Shown: positions 1 through 10,110, counted from the first letter of the stretch. The stretch: 64,000 bases of DNA from Fimbriimonadia bacterium (GCA_041483895.1 JBGPGO010000012.1:64001-128000), one strand, 5' to 3'. Program-made: numbers and translations. The notes: a model not told the origin generated them from the letters alone.

Positions 1-211
1 GGCGAGCGGTGAGTAGTTCGTGCAGAGTGGGATCGTCTATCATGGCTACGATTGTGGCCGAAAGCCGCGGCGACAGCAAGGCTAGGAAATCATCAAACGC
101 CCCAAGCAGACAAGCCTGAGAGGGAGCGGATCTCTCCTTGTTTCATTTCATGCCTCAACTGGTCCACCTGTTGAGGCGCTCCGGACAGCAGTATTTATTA
201 TACGCCATCCT

Positions 212-248
212 TCTCCCTTCACAATCCCTATTGTGAAGGGGCTTCCAT
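212..248 (+). repeat. Palindromic hairpin element CCCTTCACAAT-N4-ATTGTGAAGGG (family H)
   Basis: Perfect 11-bp stem at 215-240. A near-identical inverted copy lies at 2621-2656, and related copies lie at 56099-56268. Confidence 0.8.
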
Positions 249-320
249 TACCGTGTTGTGTTGCCATACTCATCCAGACCGTGGTACCTTCTGTGACAGT
301 CAGAACAAAGGACAGGACCG

Positions 321-548
321 ATGGATATCAACGAAGCGCTGTGGCAGGACGAAAACCGTGTGAGTGGAGCGGTCTGTTTTCGCGGCACTCGAATACCGGT
401 CTCCATCCTTTTCGATTACCTCGAGACCGGCAGCTTAGAAGAATTTTTTCGCGGTTACCCTGACGTAAGCCGCGAACAGGTTCATGCGGTTCTCGAAGCC
501 TCCAAGGAGCTGGTCTCCGAACGCCTTGCTTCGAGTCAGGCACATTGA
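321..548 (+). CDS. DUF433 family putative antitoxin
   Basis: Motif SGAVCFRGTRIPV...YPDVSREQV is typical of DUF433. AGGA lies upstream. Confidence 0.85.
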   Translation: MDINEALWQDENRVSGAVCFRGTRIPVSILFDYLETGSLEEFFRGYPDVSREQVHAVLEASKELVSERLASSQAH

Positions 549-663
549 GAAGGTAGTACCTGTACTTATTGAGTCCACAGTCGATTAACGTACCTGCAAC
601 TACCAGTTGGCAAACGTAATTGCGCGCGAGTGTCTGCCTAGACAACATGCGAGATCGAGAAAC

Positions 664-916
664 GTAGCCGCGGTTCCTCGTTCTGAACCGTGATCGAATC
701 GGCAACCCCAAGACCCGCGCTTTACCACGTTGTACGTATTGACAACATTTCGATACTTTCACCGTGGTCACGCGCAGGTTTTGTTCGTGGCGATTCGGAA
801 GGGGTATCAGAACGAGAATCTGCGGCTACGAATTACCAACGAAGAAGCGGTCCCGGTAGACGCGGGCCGAGTTGCCGACATCCCGCCAGTGACCGATTCC
901 AGGGCCCGCGTTAACC
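664..916. repeat. Cluster of three GTAG-capped long-loop hairpin elements (family L): 664-728(+), 764-829(-), 856-916(+)
   Basis: Each reads GTAG-N-CGCRG..stem, a 32-35 nt loop, then the complementary stem. They match copies at 10890, 18173, 18340, 19207, 34782 and 36262. Confidence 0.8.
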
Positions 917-936
917 TGTTCCCAACTCTCATAGCC

Positions 937-1485
937 CTAGCGTTCGGGCGCGGAAAGGCCCTCTATTGATATTGGTTGTTTTGGATACCAAACCTTTGCT
1001 CGTGATTCCTTGACAAAGGCCGGGACCCTGTAATATCGTTCATCTAGTGGCCGGACGATGCAGCTCCCACGAACAGCATCCCCGCCGCGCTTGACGTATC
1101 CGCCTGCGTTCACTGCAACCACTTCAAATCCTACACTGTCCCTCGGCCTTAGTACTACCCAGTCCTCGGCCACTGGCTGAGACAACTTAGAATTCTCGAG
1201 ATAGGCATCTAGGTCCGTGATTCTCCGCCCATCTTGTCTATAGAGTCTGACCTCATAAATAAATGGATACCGTGTCAAGGCTATCAAACCATCTGTATCG
1301 TTCTGTACCGACATCCTGTACTCATCGCGATGGCGATCGAAGGTAACCACAGCTTGAATGCCGGTGGTCCTAGAAACTGAAGGCTCTTGCGTGCGCCGAG
1401 GATTCGAAGTACAGCCGCATATTAGCGCTACCATCACGGTGATGGCGACGATGCTGCTTCGGAATAGCGGAGACGCCCTCATCAT
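937..1485 (-). CDS. Putative lipoprotein, candidate immunity protein of the Rhs toxin
   Basis: Hydrophobic N-terminus with lipobox-like LICGC. Its start overlaps the Rhs stop as ATGA (1482-1485). Confidence 0.6.
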   Translation of the reverse strand: MMRASPLFRSSIVAITVMVALICGCTSNPRRTQEPSVSRTTGIQAVVTFDRHRDEYRMSVQNDTDGLIALTRYPFIYEVRLYRQDGRRITDLDAYLENSKLSQPVAEDWVVLRPRDSVGFEVVAVNAGGYVKRGGDAVRGSCIVRPLDERYYRVPAFVKESRAKVWYPKQPISIEGLSAPER

Positions 1486-2369
1486 GGGTGTCGAGCACAT
1501 TTGTTCGCTGGATCCCCTTCCCCATGCATAACCTCCAAAATGCAGCAGGCCATCAAATCATTGCACTGATAGCCTACAGGGTGATTCCCGTGCGCTACGC
1601 CACAACAGTGTCCCATCTCATGCAGGAGAGTCTCCGACACATTGTTAAGGTTGGGATCTCCATGAATATCACTGCACCCGTGCTGTGATAGGTTTGGATA
1701 GCAGAGTTCTATGATGCGTAGCGGGAAAAAACCGGACGGCAGGCACGTGTGGGCACAGGTGTTGGGACCGCAATCGGGTCCTCCACAGGTAACGATCCCG
1801 AAACCGGCACAAAACGAAAGCATGCAGTCAAGCACACCTCGGTCAAAGTGGCGACACGCTCCCCCACCGATTGCAACGAGACAATGATTGATCTTAAGTC
1901 TATCATCGTTTGTGAGATTTCCGAGCTTCTGACAAAGAGCTGCTACAATTGCAGCCACCTCACCAGGACAGCCAGGCGTAATAATCGGGTCCCGCCCAGA
2001 AGGATCGATCATTGAAGTAGGAACTCCCGCGCCGTATAAGAAGGTGCCGATTGACGGAGATATTGCATCCTTTGACAAGAACGCCCCTAGGTTTGGATCG
2101 AAGTATCTTGCCCGCAGGTAGTCGAGCCCGGAGCTGTCAGAGAAGTACCCATACGCACCAACGTATTGATACGGCGTCGGGGTCGAACCCACACGATTGA
2201 ACACCTCTCCATAGGCCTGGTACTCGAACTTGTCGGTGACCGAGAGGCTGGTCGTGTCGATGAGCTTCGTCGTGTTACCCAATGCGTCAAAGCAGTAGGC
2301 GGAGTGGACTCCACTTCTGGTTTCCGATACCAACTGGCCGTTTCCGTAGCTGTAGTTGACAACTCCCAT
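1482..2369 (-). CDS. Short RHS repeat-associated core protein with Cys-rich zinc-metallopeptidase-like C-terminal domain
   Basis: Rhs core YQAYGE...YLRARYFDPNLGAFLSKD...PTSMIDPSG, followed by a tip containing HEMGHCCGVAH. GAGG lies upstream. Confidence 0.85.
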   Translation of the reverse strand: MGVVNYSYGNGQLVSETRSGVHSAYCFDALGNTTKLIDTTSLSVTDKFEYQAYGEVFNRVGSTPTPYQYVGAYGYFSDSSGLDYLRARYFDPNLGAFLSKDAISPSIGTFLYGAGVPTSMIDPSGRDPIITPGCPGEVAAIVAALCQKLGNLTNDDRLKINHCLVAIGGGACRHFDRGVLDCMLSFCAGFGIVTCGGPDCGPNTCAHTCLPSGFFPLRIIELCYPNLSQHGCSDIHGDPNLNNVSETLLHEMGHCCGVAHGNHPVGYQCNDLMACCILEVMHGEGDPANKCARHP

Positions 2370-2620
2370 GACTAGTCCGTCCTCTCTTGCAGCACGGCTT
2401 CGCTATATGTCGTGTTCTTTCGCCCTGCAAAAAGCGGCTGTGGCAACCAACCTGGACCTGGCGACCAGTCCAGCATAACCGTATGTACCAATATAGACGA
2501 TTCAAAGTTCCCATTCGGTTTGCCAAAAAGAAAGAAAAGATCGTTCCTTTTTACACGCATTTTGACCCTGCAAGGCGAAGCCCTGACTGCAGGCTTGCCG
2601 GCTAGGTCGCCGTAGATAGT

Positions 2621-2656
2621 ATGGAAGGCCTTCACAATGGGGATTGTGAAGGGAGA
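2621..2656 (-). repeat. Palindromic hairpin element (family H), inverted copy of 212-248
   Basis: The reverse complement TCTCCCTTCACAATCCCCATTGTGAAGGCCTTCCAT matches 212-248. Confidence 0.8.
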
Positions 2657-2680
2657 TTGGAATTCCACAGCGACGACGGA

Positions 2681-2986
2681 TCACCACATACCTAATTCGA
2701 TCCGGCCGTCTTCGGTCACCTTTTCCATGGACCATGCCGGGTCGAAGGTCCAGTTGACGTTGACTTGGGTGATGCCGGGGAGGTCCTGCAATGCGCCACG
2801 GATCTCTTCCTCCACCTGCGGGCCGATGGGGCAGGCCGGGGTCGTCAGCGTCATCAGCACATCCACGACGCCATCTGGGGATACCGTTACGTCGTATAAG
2901 AGGCCCAGGTCCACGATGTTCACCAGAAGCTCCGGGTCGATGACCACCTTCAGCGCCTCTTTGATCGTCTCCGCGTTGATCAGCAT
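2681..2986 (-). CDS. sufT: Fe-S cluster assembly factor, DUF59/SufT family
   Basis: VIDPELLVNIVDLGLLY and MTLTTPACP motifs. Last gene of the SUF operon. Confidence 0.9.
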   Translation of the reverse strand: MLINAETIKEALKVVIDPELLVNIVDLGLLYDVTVSPDGVVDVLMTLTTPACPIGPQVEEEIRGALQDLPGITQVNVNWTFDPAWSMEKVTEDGRIELGMW

Positions 2987-3435
2987 CACTCCTCCGTCGA
3001 TATCATACCTCCCGATTTTTCCAGCGCCATCCGCAGCGTCGCCCACGGCAGCAGCGCGCATTTGATCCGCACCGGATAGTTCTTTACCCCAGACAGCGCC
3101 GACAAATCTTCATCTTCGTCCAATGGCTCGTGAGGATTGTCGGTCAGCATGCCCGTCACCTGCTCGATTCGCTCCCGCACCTCCGCCAGCGTTTTGCCCT
3201 CGATGGCCTCCGCCAACATAGACGTGGACGCCATGCTTATGGAACATCCTTTGCTGTCCGCGCCGACCGACACCACAATTCCGTCTTTGATCCGCAAGGT
3301 CAGCGTCAACTCGTCCCCGCACACCCGGTTGACGCCCTCCGCCTTTGCGTCCGGATTGTCCAACGGCGCATCATAGCGCGGGTCCTTGTAGTGGTCGAGG
3401 ATCACCTCGCGGTAGAGATCACTTTCAAGTGGCAA
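2986..3435 (-). CDS. sufU: SUF system NifU-family sulfur-transfer/scaffold protein
   Basis: LYREVILDHY, NRVCGD, GCSISMAS and RIKCALLPW motifs. Confidence 0.95.
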   Translation of the reverse strand: MPLESDLYREVILDHYKDPRYDAPLDNPDAKAEGVNRVCGDELTLTLRIKDGIVVSVGADSKGCSISMASTSMLAEAIEGKTLAEVRERIEQVTGMLTDNPHEPLDEDEDLSALSGVKNYPVRIKCALLPWATLRMALEKSGGMISTEE

Positions 3436-4663
3436 CGGCGAACACCTGTCTCACGCGATCCATCGCCTCGGCCAATGTGTCCAGTTCCTGGGTCGTGGTG
3501 TAAAGATAGACGCTGGCGCGCGCGGTGCCGTGGAGGCCGAGCTTTTTGTGCAGCGGCTCGCAGCAATGATGACCGGCCCGGATGGCCACTCCCAGCTCGT
3601 CCGCCACTTGGCTCACGTCATGCGGATGCACTCCGTCCACGGTGAAAGAGAATACCCCCAGCCTGTCTTCCGGGGTGGTTGGGCCGATGAGCCGGACGCC
3701 GGGCATCCTTTCAAATAGGGATAGGCCGTATGGGACTAATAGGTCTTCATAGGTCCTATAATCGCCGATGCTTTCCAGAAAACGGATCGCCGCGGCGAAC
3801 GCTATGACGCCTTCGATGTTGGGCGTCCCCGCCTCGAAGCAGTGCGGCGGAATGTTCCAATCCGAATCCTCCCATCGCACGCGGCTGATCATGGAGCCGC
3901 CGAAGAGAATCGGCGAGGTCTCTTCCAAACGGTCGAAGCGACCGTACAGCACGCCGACGCCGGTGGGACCGCACATCTTGTGGGCGGAAAAGGCATAGAA
4001 GTCCGCGCCGAGTTCTTTCATGTCGAGCGGGAGATGCGGGGCCGCCTGCGCGCCGTCCACCACCACTACCGCGCCGATGTCTCTCGCCAGCGAGACCAGC
4101 TCCGCGACGGGATTGATGGTCCCAAGCACATTCGAGGCGTGCGGGAATGCGAGAATGCGTGGCCTGTCCGAGATCAGCCGCCGCGCCTCGTCCATGTCCA
4201 ATCGGCCCTCTTCGTCGATGGGTATGAATCGAAGATGAGAGCCGGTGCGTTGCGCCACAACCTGCCACGGGACCAGGTTGGCGTGATGCTCCATCTCCGT
4301 CAGCAAAATGGAGTCGCCCGGGCGCAGATGCGTCATCGCCCAGCCCTGTGCGGCCAGGTTCAGCGCCTCCGTGGCATTGCCCGTAAAGATAATCTCCTGG
4401 GCATCCGCGCCGATGTACCGTGCCACGGTCTCGCGCGCGCCCTCGAATGCGGCGGTCGATTCCTCGCTCAGTTTGTGCAAGCCGCGATGGACGTTGGCGT
4501 TGTACCTCTCATAGTAGTCGGTGATAGCGTCGATCACGCATCGGGGAGTTTGCGAAGTGGCCGCGCTGTCCAGGTAGGCAAGCGGCCTCCCATTTACCTC
4601 CCGTGAGAGGATCGGGAACTCGCGCCGCACCGCCGAAACGTCATATTTCGATGTAGACATCAT
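3425..4663 (-). CDS. sufS: Cysteine desulfurase
   Basis: YLDSAATSQ, SAHKMCGPTG (PLP Lys) and RAGHHC motifs. Confidence 0.97.
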   Translation of the reverse strand: MMSTSKYDVSAVRREFPILSREVNGRPLAYLDSAATSQTPRCVIDAITDYYERYNANVHRGLHKLSEESTAAFEGARETVARYIGADAQEIIFTGNATEALNLAAQGWAMTHLRPGDSILLTEMEHHANLVPWQVVAQRTGSHLRFIPIDEEGRLDMDEARRLISDRPRILAFPHASNVLGTINPVAELVSLARDIGAVVVVDGAQAAPHLPLDMKELGADFYAFSAHKMCGPTGVGVLYGRFDRLEETSPILFGGSMISRVRWEDSDWNIPPHCFEAGTPNIEGVIAFAAAIRFLESIGDYRTYEDLLVPYGLSLFERMPGVRLIGPTTPEDRLGVFSFTVDGVHPHDVSQVADELGVAIRAGHHCCEPLHKKLGLHGTARASVYLYTTTQELDTLAEAMDRVRQVFAVAT

Positions 4664-4946
4664 CTTCTTCTACGCGCACCAGATAGGTGTTGATGCCGAC
4701 CGTCGCGGGCAGGCAGAGCACGCTGCCATCGCGTATATCGAACCGCGCTCCGTGCCGGGGACATTCCACCTCGTACCCGTCCAGCGACCCTTCCCCCAGC
4801 GGCCCGCCGTCATGGGTGCAGACATCGTCAAAGGCATAAAGCCGGCCCTCGACGTTCCCAATCGCCACCCGCTTTTCGAACACGGCAACCACTTTCACAT
4901 CGCCTTCGGGGATATCCCCCACGGCGGCCACCCGCACCATCGCCAC
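4641..4946 (-). CDS. Rieske-type [2Fe-2S] ferredoxin
   Basis: CTH...CPRHGARFD Rieske motifs. Confidence 0.92.
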   Translation of the reverse strand: MAMVRVAAVGDIPEGDVKVVAVFEKRVAIGNVEGRLYAFDDVCTHDGGPLGEGSLDGYEVECPRHGARFDIRDGSVLCLPATVGINTYLVRVEEDDVYIEI

Positions 4947-6148
4947 TACTGGTACCTCTTCACGATCCGATTGGAAACTTTGCCGCGAATCAATTCATCC
5001 AAATCTCCCAATGCGGCCTCGTCCACCACCTGCTCCAAAAACCCTTCCACGATCATCCGCTTGGCTTCCTCTTCTTGTATGCCGCGCGTTTGCATGTAGA
5101 AAATTTGCGTCTCGTCCACCGGGGCGACCGTCGCGCCGTGGGTGCAGCGCACGTCGTTGGCGAGAATCTCCAAATTCGGGATCGTGTCGGCGTGCGACTC
5201 ATGGCTCAGCAGGATGTTCTTGTTGCTCTGGTAGGCATTGGACTGCTGCGCGCCGTGCTCGATTCGGATCATGCCGCTGTATGTGGAACGCGCCTTGTCG
5301 GTCAGCGCAACTTTGTATAGGATGTTGCTCGGCGTCTGCCCCGCCGCGTGATGCTGGACGGTGTGATGATCGAAAACCTGCTCGCCCGACCCAAACACGA
5401 GACCGAACAGATCGCTTTGCGCCCCCCGCCCCGCCAACACGGCCTCAATCGTCGCCTTCGTCAGCGATGAGCCAAGACCCAAAGTAAGTGATATGAACTT
5501 GGCATCCTGCCCAATTTCGGCGCGCATGTGGTGGAAGTTAAAGACGTTCTTCCCCCACCCATTAAGGTGGATGTACTTGACCTCCGCACCGTCCCCCACA
5601 AACAGATCGACGATGCCGCACGACATGCGCGATTCATCGAAATCCGATGAGGCGTGTTCGTCGAAGATCGTCAACTTTGCGCCGGCCTCCACAACAACGA
5701 GCAGCCTAGGGCAGAACAGCCGCGTCGTGCCGAACTCCGCCAAAAGATGAGGAACAACGACCTCCACGTCTTTTGGAACATAGACGAAAATCCCGTCCGT
5801 CCATAACGCGCGGGCGAGAGAGGTGAATTTCAGATCCACACGATCCTGCGGGAAACGAACCAGGTGGTCGCGCACCAAATCGGGATGCGTTTCGAGCGCC
5901 GTGCGCAGATCGGCCACGATCACGCCGTTTTCTTGTGGGGCGATCGGTTGCGCTTTGCCGATCAGCGATCCGGTCGCCACCATCTCGTCGAACTGGATGC
6001 CGGTGACATCGGTCTGCCTCCACCCTTTGTCCGTCCGCAATGGCCATCGGGTCGCGGAAAAAACCTCCCATGCCTCCCGCCGCGCCGCCTGCGCCCAGTC
6101 CGGACCGGTAAATGACTGTAGTGGATCGAGCGCCGCGATATTAGCCAA
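4946..6148 (-). CDS. sufD: Fe-S cluster assembly protein SufD
   Basis: [18 protein letters not shown] and FYMQTRGI motifs, plus operon context. Confidence 0.93.
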   Translation of the reverse strand: MANIAALDPLQSFTGPDWAQAARREAWEVFSATRWPLRTDKGWRQTDVTGIQFDEMVATGSLIGKAQPIAPQENGVIVADLRTALETHPDLVRDHLVRFPQDRVDLKFTSLARALWTDGIFVYVPKDVEVVVPHLLAEFGTTRLFCPRLLVVVEAGAKLTIFDEHASSDFDESRMSCGIVDLFVGDGAEVKYIHLNGWGKNVFNFHHMRAEIGQDAKFISLTLGLGSSLTKATIEAVLAGRGAQSDLFGLVFGSGEQVFDHHTVQHHAAGQTPSNILYKVALTDKARSTYSGMIRIEHGAQQSNAYQSNKNILLSHESHADTIPNLEILANDVRCTHGATVAPVDETQIFYMQTRGIQEEEAKRMIVEGFLEQVVDEAALGDLDELIRGKVSNRIVKRYQ

Positions 6149-7553
6149 CCGACCCCTCCATCTCGAGCTGGATCAGTCGGTTCAGTTCCACGGCGTATTC
6201 CAGCGGCAGCTCTTTGGCGAACGGCTCGAAGAAGCCGTTGACGATCATCGTGGTCGCTTCGCCCTCGCTCAGGCCGCGGCTCATCAGATAGAAAAGCTGC
6301 TCTTGGCCGACCTTGCTCACCGTCGCCTCGTGCTCGATGCTCACGCCCGGCTCGTCGATCTTCATCGTCGGGTAGGTGTCGGTGCGGCTCTCTTCATCCA
6401 TCAGCAGCGCGTCGCATCGGACATTGCTCTTGGCACCGTGACAGCCCTTTTGGACTTCCACCAGACCGCGATAGGTGGCCCGCCCGCCGTCCTTGCTGAT
6501 TGACTTTGAGAGGACAGTTGATGTGGTATTGGGCGCGCAGTGAACCATCTTTGCGCCGGCGTCCTGGTGCTGATCTTTGCCGGCAAACGCAACCGAAAGC
6601 GTTTCGCCGCGTGCGCCCTCGCCCATCAGGAAGATCGCAGGATACTTCATCGTCAGCTTGCTGCCCAGGTTCCCGTCCACCCATTCCACCGTCGCGTTCT
6701 TGTAGGCGACAGCGCGCTTGGTGACGAGGTTGTACACGTTCTTCGACCAGTTCTGGATCGTCGTGTACCGCAGGTGCGCGCCTTCCATCGCTATCAGTTC
6801 GACCACGGCGGAGTGCAGAGAATCGGTGGTGTACACCGGCGCCGTGCAGCCCTCGATGTAGTGCACGCGGCTGCCCTTGTCGGCGATGATCAGCGTGCGC
6901 TCGAATTGCCCCATGTTCTCGGTGTTGATTCTAAAGTAGGCCTGCAGCGGGATCTCCACATGCACGCCTTCCGGAACATAGATGAAACTTCCGCCGGACC
7001 AGACCGCCGAGTTGAGCGCGGAAAACTTGTTGTCCGCGATTGGGATCACCGTGCTGATGTACTTCTTCACGATATCCGGATGCTCGCGCACGCCGGTGTC
7101 CATGTCGAGGAAGATAACGCCTTGGTCTACTAAACTGCTGCGCATCTTGTGATAGACGACCTCGGAATCATACTGCGCGCTGACGCCGGCGAGAAACTTT
7201 TGCTCCGCTTCGGGAATGCCGATCTTGTTGAACGTGTTCTTGATGTCATCCGGCACGTCGTCCCACGACTTCTCAGCGCGGTCAGACGGCTTTACGTAGT
7301 AGAAGATATTGTCGAAGTCTATGGCGTTGAGGAGCGCGGTGTTGCCAAAGGTTGGCATCGGCTTTTTGAGGAAGATGTCCAGCGCCTTGAGACGGAACTG
7401 GCGCATCCAATCCGGCTCACCTTTCATTTCTGAAATCGTTTCGACGATTTCGCGCGTAAGGCCCCTGCCGGATTTGAAGACAGACTTTTCGACGTCGTGA
7501 AATCCGTACTCGTAGTTGCTCCCGATATCCTGAATGATGGCGGCTTCAGACAC
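6141..7553 (-). CDS. sufB: Fe-S cluster assembly protein SufB
   Basis: [20 protein letters not shown] and YIEGCTAP motifs. GTG start at 7553 chosen because it follows GAGGAGG and overlaps the sufC stop. Confidence 0.97.
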   Translation of the reverse strand: MSEAAIIQDIGSNYEYGFHDVEKSVFKSGRGLTREIVETISEMKGEPDWMRQFRLKALDIFLKKPMPTFGNTALLNAIDFDNIFYYVKPSDRAEKSWDDVPDDIKNTFNKIGIPEAEQKFLAGVSAQYDSEVVYHKMRSSLVDQGVIFLDMDTGVREHPDIVKKYISTVIPIADNKFSALNSAVWSGGSFIYVPEGVHVEIPLQAYFRINTENMGQFERTLIIADKGSRVHYIEGCTAPVYTTDSLHSAVVELIAMEGAHLRYTTIQNWSKNVYNLVTKRAVAYKNATVEWVDGNLGSKLTMKYPAIFLMGEGARGETLSVAFAGKDQHQDAGAKMVHCAPNTTSTVLSKSISKDGGRATYRGLVEVQKGCHGAKSNVRCDALLMDEESRTDTYPTMKIDEPGVSIEHEATVSKVGQEQLFYLMSRGLSEGEATTMIVNGFFEPFAKELPLEYAVELNRLIQLEMEGSVG

Positions 7554-8313
7554 TTGCGGCCACCTCCTCTTTTGACTTTGTGAGCCAGTCATATCCCTGC
7601 GCTTCCAGCTTGTGGGCCAGCTCTTTCCCACCGGTCAATGCGATCCTTCCGTCCACCATTACGTGAACGACATCCGGCTCGATATGATTCAAAATTCGTA
7701 CATAGTGGGTGATCAGCAGCACTCCCATGTCCGGCCCGCGCATCTTGTTGACGTTGTCGGACACAATTCGCAACGCATCGATATCCAACCCCGAATCTGT
7801 CTCGTCCATGATTGCCAGCTCCGGTTTGATGAGCGACATCTGAAGCATCTCGAACCGCTTCTTCTCGCCACCGGAAAATCCGTCATTCACATATCGGGTG
7901 GCAAACGATTCATCGATGTTGAGCTCGGCTAGCTTCTCCTTGAACGCCTTTCGAAATTCCGCCGGCTTGATGTCCTCGCCGCGTAGCGCCTTGAGCGAAG
8001 AGCGAAGGAAGTTGACCATCGTGACGCCGGGAATCGCGACCGGATACTGGAACGCCAGAAACACTCCGGCCCGCGCCCGCTCGTCGGCAGCCATTTCCAA
8101 TAGGTCCTTGCCCTTATACAGGACCTCCCCGCCGGTCACTTCGTAGGTCGGATGGCCCATAAGGACGCAGGACAGGGTGCTCTTGCCGGACCCGTTCGGA
8201 CCCATGAGAGCATGTATCTGGCCCCTGTTGACGGTGAGGCTGACACCCTTTAGGATTTCCTTCCCCTCAACGGAGGCGTGGAGGTCTCGAACCTCGAGTA
8301 GCGGCTGACTCAT
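7546..8313 (-). CDS. sufC: Fe-S cluster assembly ATPase SufC
   Basis: [23 protein letters not shown] and DETDSGLD motifs. Confidence 0.97.
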   Translation of the reverse strand: MSQPLLEVRDLHASVEGKEILKGVSLTVNRGQIHALMGPNGSGKSTLSCVLMGHPTYEVTGGEVLYKGKDLLEMAADERARAGVFLAFQYPVAIPGVTMVNFLRSSLKALRGEDIKPAEFRKAFKEKLAELNIDESFATRYVNDGFSGGEKKRFEMLQMSLIKPELAIMDETDSGLDIDALRIVSDNVNKMRGPDMGVLLITHYVRILNHIEPDVVHVMVDGRIALTGGKELAHKLEAQGYDWLTKSKEEVAASV

Positions 8314-8828
8314 TCCTTCCAACTCCTTGAATTCATCGTGATTTGCGCCGATCGGATCAGCGGTTCCCCGATGGCGGCTTTGTGCGCGCTCGCCACTTTT
8401 TCCCGGACGTGCCCTTCTGTCTCCAGCAGGTCGGAAAGTTTCATACCGTCCAGCATCGCGCCGATGTATGCAGCGATTTGTGCCCACATCGGGCGGACGC
8501 TGCAACTTGAAGTGTGTACGCACGCGTCCTGATTGCCGATATATTGGCCGCAGACGTGCTCGGGCGTCAGAATTTCACCGAGAGCCCGGATGGCAGCTCC
8601 GATCGTGATGCGGTCCGGCGGCATGGCCAATTGGAACCCGCCCTTGCTGCCGCGCGCGCTTCGGGCCAAACCGTTTTGACTGAGGATTCGAAGCAGCTTC
8701 TCGACGTAGGGCGTGGACAGGCCCTCAGCCTCCGAAATCTCGGATACGCTGACCCAATCGCCGTCCCCGGCTCGTGCAAGCTGGAGAAGGCATCTTAATC
8801 CGTATTCTTCCTGGGCGCTTAGTTTCAT
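8310..8828 (-). CDS. Rrf2 family transcriptional regulator (IscR-like, three Cys)
   Basis: EEYGLRCL...SARGSKGGF and C-x9-C-x5-C. First gene of the SUF operon. Confidence 0.9.
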   Translation of the reverse strand: MKLSAQEEYGLRCLLQLARAGDGDWVSVSEISEAEGLSTPYVEKLLRILSQNGLARSARGSKGGFQLAMPPDRITIGAAIRALGEILTPEHVCGQYIGNQDACVHTSSCSVRPMWAQIAAYIGAMLDGMKLSDLLETEGHVREKVASAHKAAIGEPLIRSAQITMNSRSWKE

Positions 8829-8875
8829 CGGCAGTCCCCGCCCTTCTAACGGCGGCTCCATACTGATCGTGCCAC

Positions 8876-8899
8876 ATATCCTACTTTTTTGTCAACTAT
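8876..8899 (-). promoter_or_regulatory. Putative Rrf2/IscR-type operator overlapping a TTGACA -35 box of the SUF operon
   Basis: Minus strand reads ATAGTTGAC-AAAAAA-GTAGGATAT, an imperfect palindrome resembling IscR type-1 sites. Confidence 0.55.
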
Positions 8900-8913
8900 T
8901 CGTTTAAAGATGC

Positions 8914-9409
8914 GTCGCGGGTTGGGGAGGGGCCGGATGCGACGGGTCTCCGGACCGAGTCGCGGGTTGGGGAGGGGCCGGATGCGACGGGTCTCCGGAC
9001 CGAGTCGCAGGTTGGGGAGGGGCCGGATGCGACGGGTCTCCGGACCGAGTCGCGGGTGTCCCTTGGTCTCGTCGCGGGTTGGGGGGGGCGGATGCGACCG
9101 GTCTCCGGACCGAGTCGCAGGTGTCCCTTGGTCTCGTCGCGGGTTGGGGAGGGGGCGGATGCGACCGGTCTCCGGACCGACTCGCAGGTGCCGTGGTCTC
9201 GACAACGGGTTGGGGAGGGGGTGGATGCGACCGGTCTCCGGACCGAGTCGCAGGTGCCTTGGTCTCGTCGCGGGTTGGGGAGGGGGCGGATGCGACCGGT
9301 CTCCGGACCGAGTCGCGGGTGTCCCTTGGTCTCGTCGCGGGTTGGGGAGGGGACGGATGCGATCGGTCTCCGGACCGAGTCGCGGGTGTACCTTGTTCTC
9401 CTGACCGAG
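8914..9409 (+). repeat. Tandem array of 8 REP hairpins (GGATGCGACCGGTCTCCGGACCGAGTCGC, family R) alternating with a G-rich GGGTTGGGGAGGGG unit
   Basis: Cores start at 8935, 8980, 9025, 9090, 9157, 9223, 9288 and 9355 (periods 45, 45, 65, 67, 66, 65, 67). The array abuts the 3' end of the RAYT gene. Confidence 0.92.
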
Positions 9410-9414
9410 CGGAA

Positions 9415-9951
9415 TCAGATCAAGATCGGATCGATAGGAACCGGTCCAATCTCGCCAGTAGCGTAGAAGTTCGCGGAAGAGTGGACCCAATCTTCCGGTC
9501 TCCTCACAAAGCCCTTTCGGACCGGATTATTGTGCATGTATTCTAGTTTCTGAATGAGCCACTCCCGCGATGATATCGCCTCTGCGTGCAGCCCATGCTT
9601 CCAAAACCTGCGCTCCCGATCGGTTGTCGCGTGGCCTCGCAAGGCGTAACCAAACCAGCTCGGCATATCCGAATCTACGTAGGCGGCTAACTTGCTTCCC
9701 GTAAATTTTCGCCAAGCCGTCATCGTTTCGCGCAGTCTGCCAGCTAGCAGATCCTCATCGTAGACCACCACATGAACGTGGGTCGGCATGACCATGTTGC
9801 CGGCGATCCGCAGATGCTTAGTTTCCCTGCAAAAAACCAAGGATTCGATCAGGATTTCAACAGGCTGGGTAGCAATGAAGACAGGCAACCAGTCGTGAAC
9901 CGTTGATGTTACGAAGTAGGCATGACCATCTTCAATGATATCGAAAGCCAT
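9415..9951 (-). mobile_element. REP-associated tyrosine transposase (RAYT/TnpA-REP, Y1 HUH family)
   Basis: YFVT, MPTHVH (HUH) and YMHNNPVRKGFVRRPEDWVHSSA motifs. Flanked by REPs in inverted orientation. Confidence 0.9.
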
Positions 9952-10014
9952 GCTGTAAGCGATTCACCGAAGGGCAAATTGAATCCTTCTGGACCTAGAC
10001 CGGTGGCCCCGGAA

Positions 10015-10104
10015 CGGTCAGGAGACCTTAAAGCACCCGCGAGGTCAGGAGACCGGTCACATCAGGTTCCCCACACCCGACTCGGTCAGGAGACCGGTCG
10101 CATC
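10015..10104 (-). repeat. Family R REP cluster upstream of RAYT
   Basis: Full copy at 10078-10104 (minus strand GATGCGACCGGTCTCCTGACCGAGTCG), a degenerate copy at 10039-10063 and a partial copy at 10015-10027. Confidence 0.85.
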
Positions 10105-10110
10105 TAGGAA

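Noticed and set aside
1..43. Start of a minus-strand CDS (MIDDPTLHELLTAR)
   Set aside because: Too little sequence lies inside the window to support a call.
664..916. Integron attC sites
   Set aside because: No RYYYAAC...GTTRRRY boxes and no integron integrase; the GTAG cap fits REP-like elements better.
2372..2668. 98-aa ORF upstream of the Rhs gene
   Set aside because: It begins inside the family H hairpin, has no recognisable motif, and covers the probable AT-rich Rhs promoter.
8914..9409. CRISPR array (repeat period ~65-67 nt)
   Set aside because: The intervening sequences are near-identical rather than unique spacers, no cas genes are present, and the adjacent RAYT explains the array as REPs.
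8846..9546. Repetitive ORFs (RLGPETGRIRPLPNP etc.)
   Set aside because: They are translations of the REP array, open in several frames on both strands, with no RBS.
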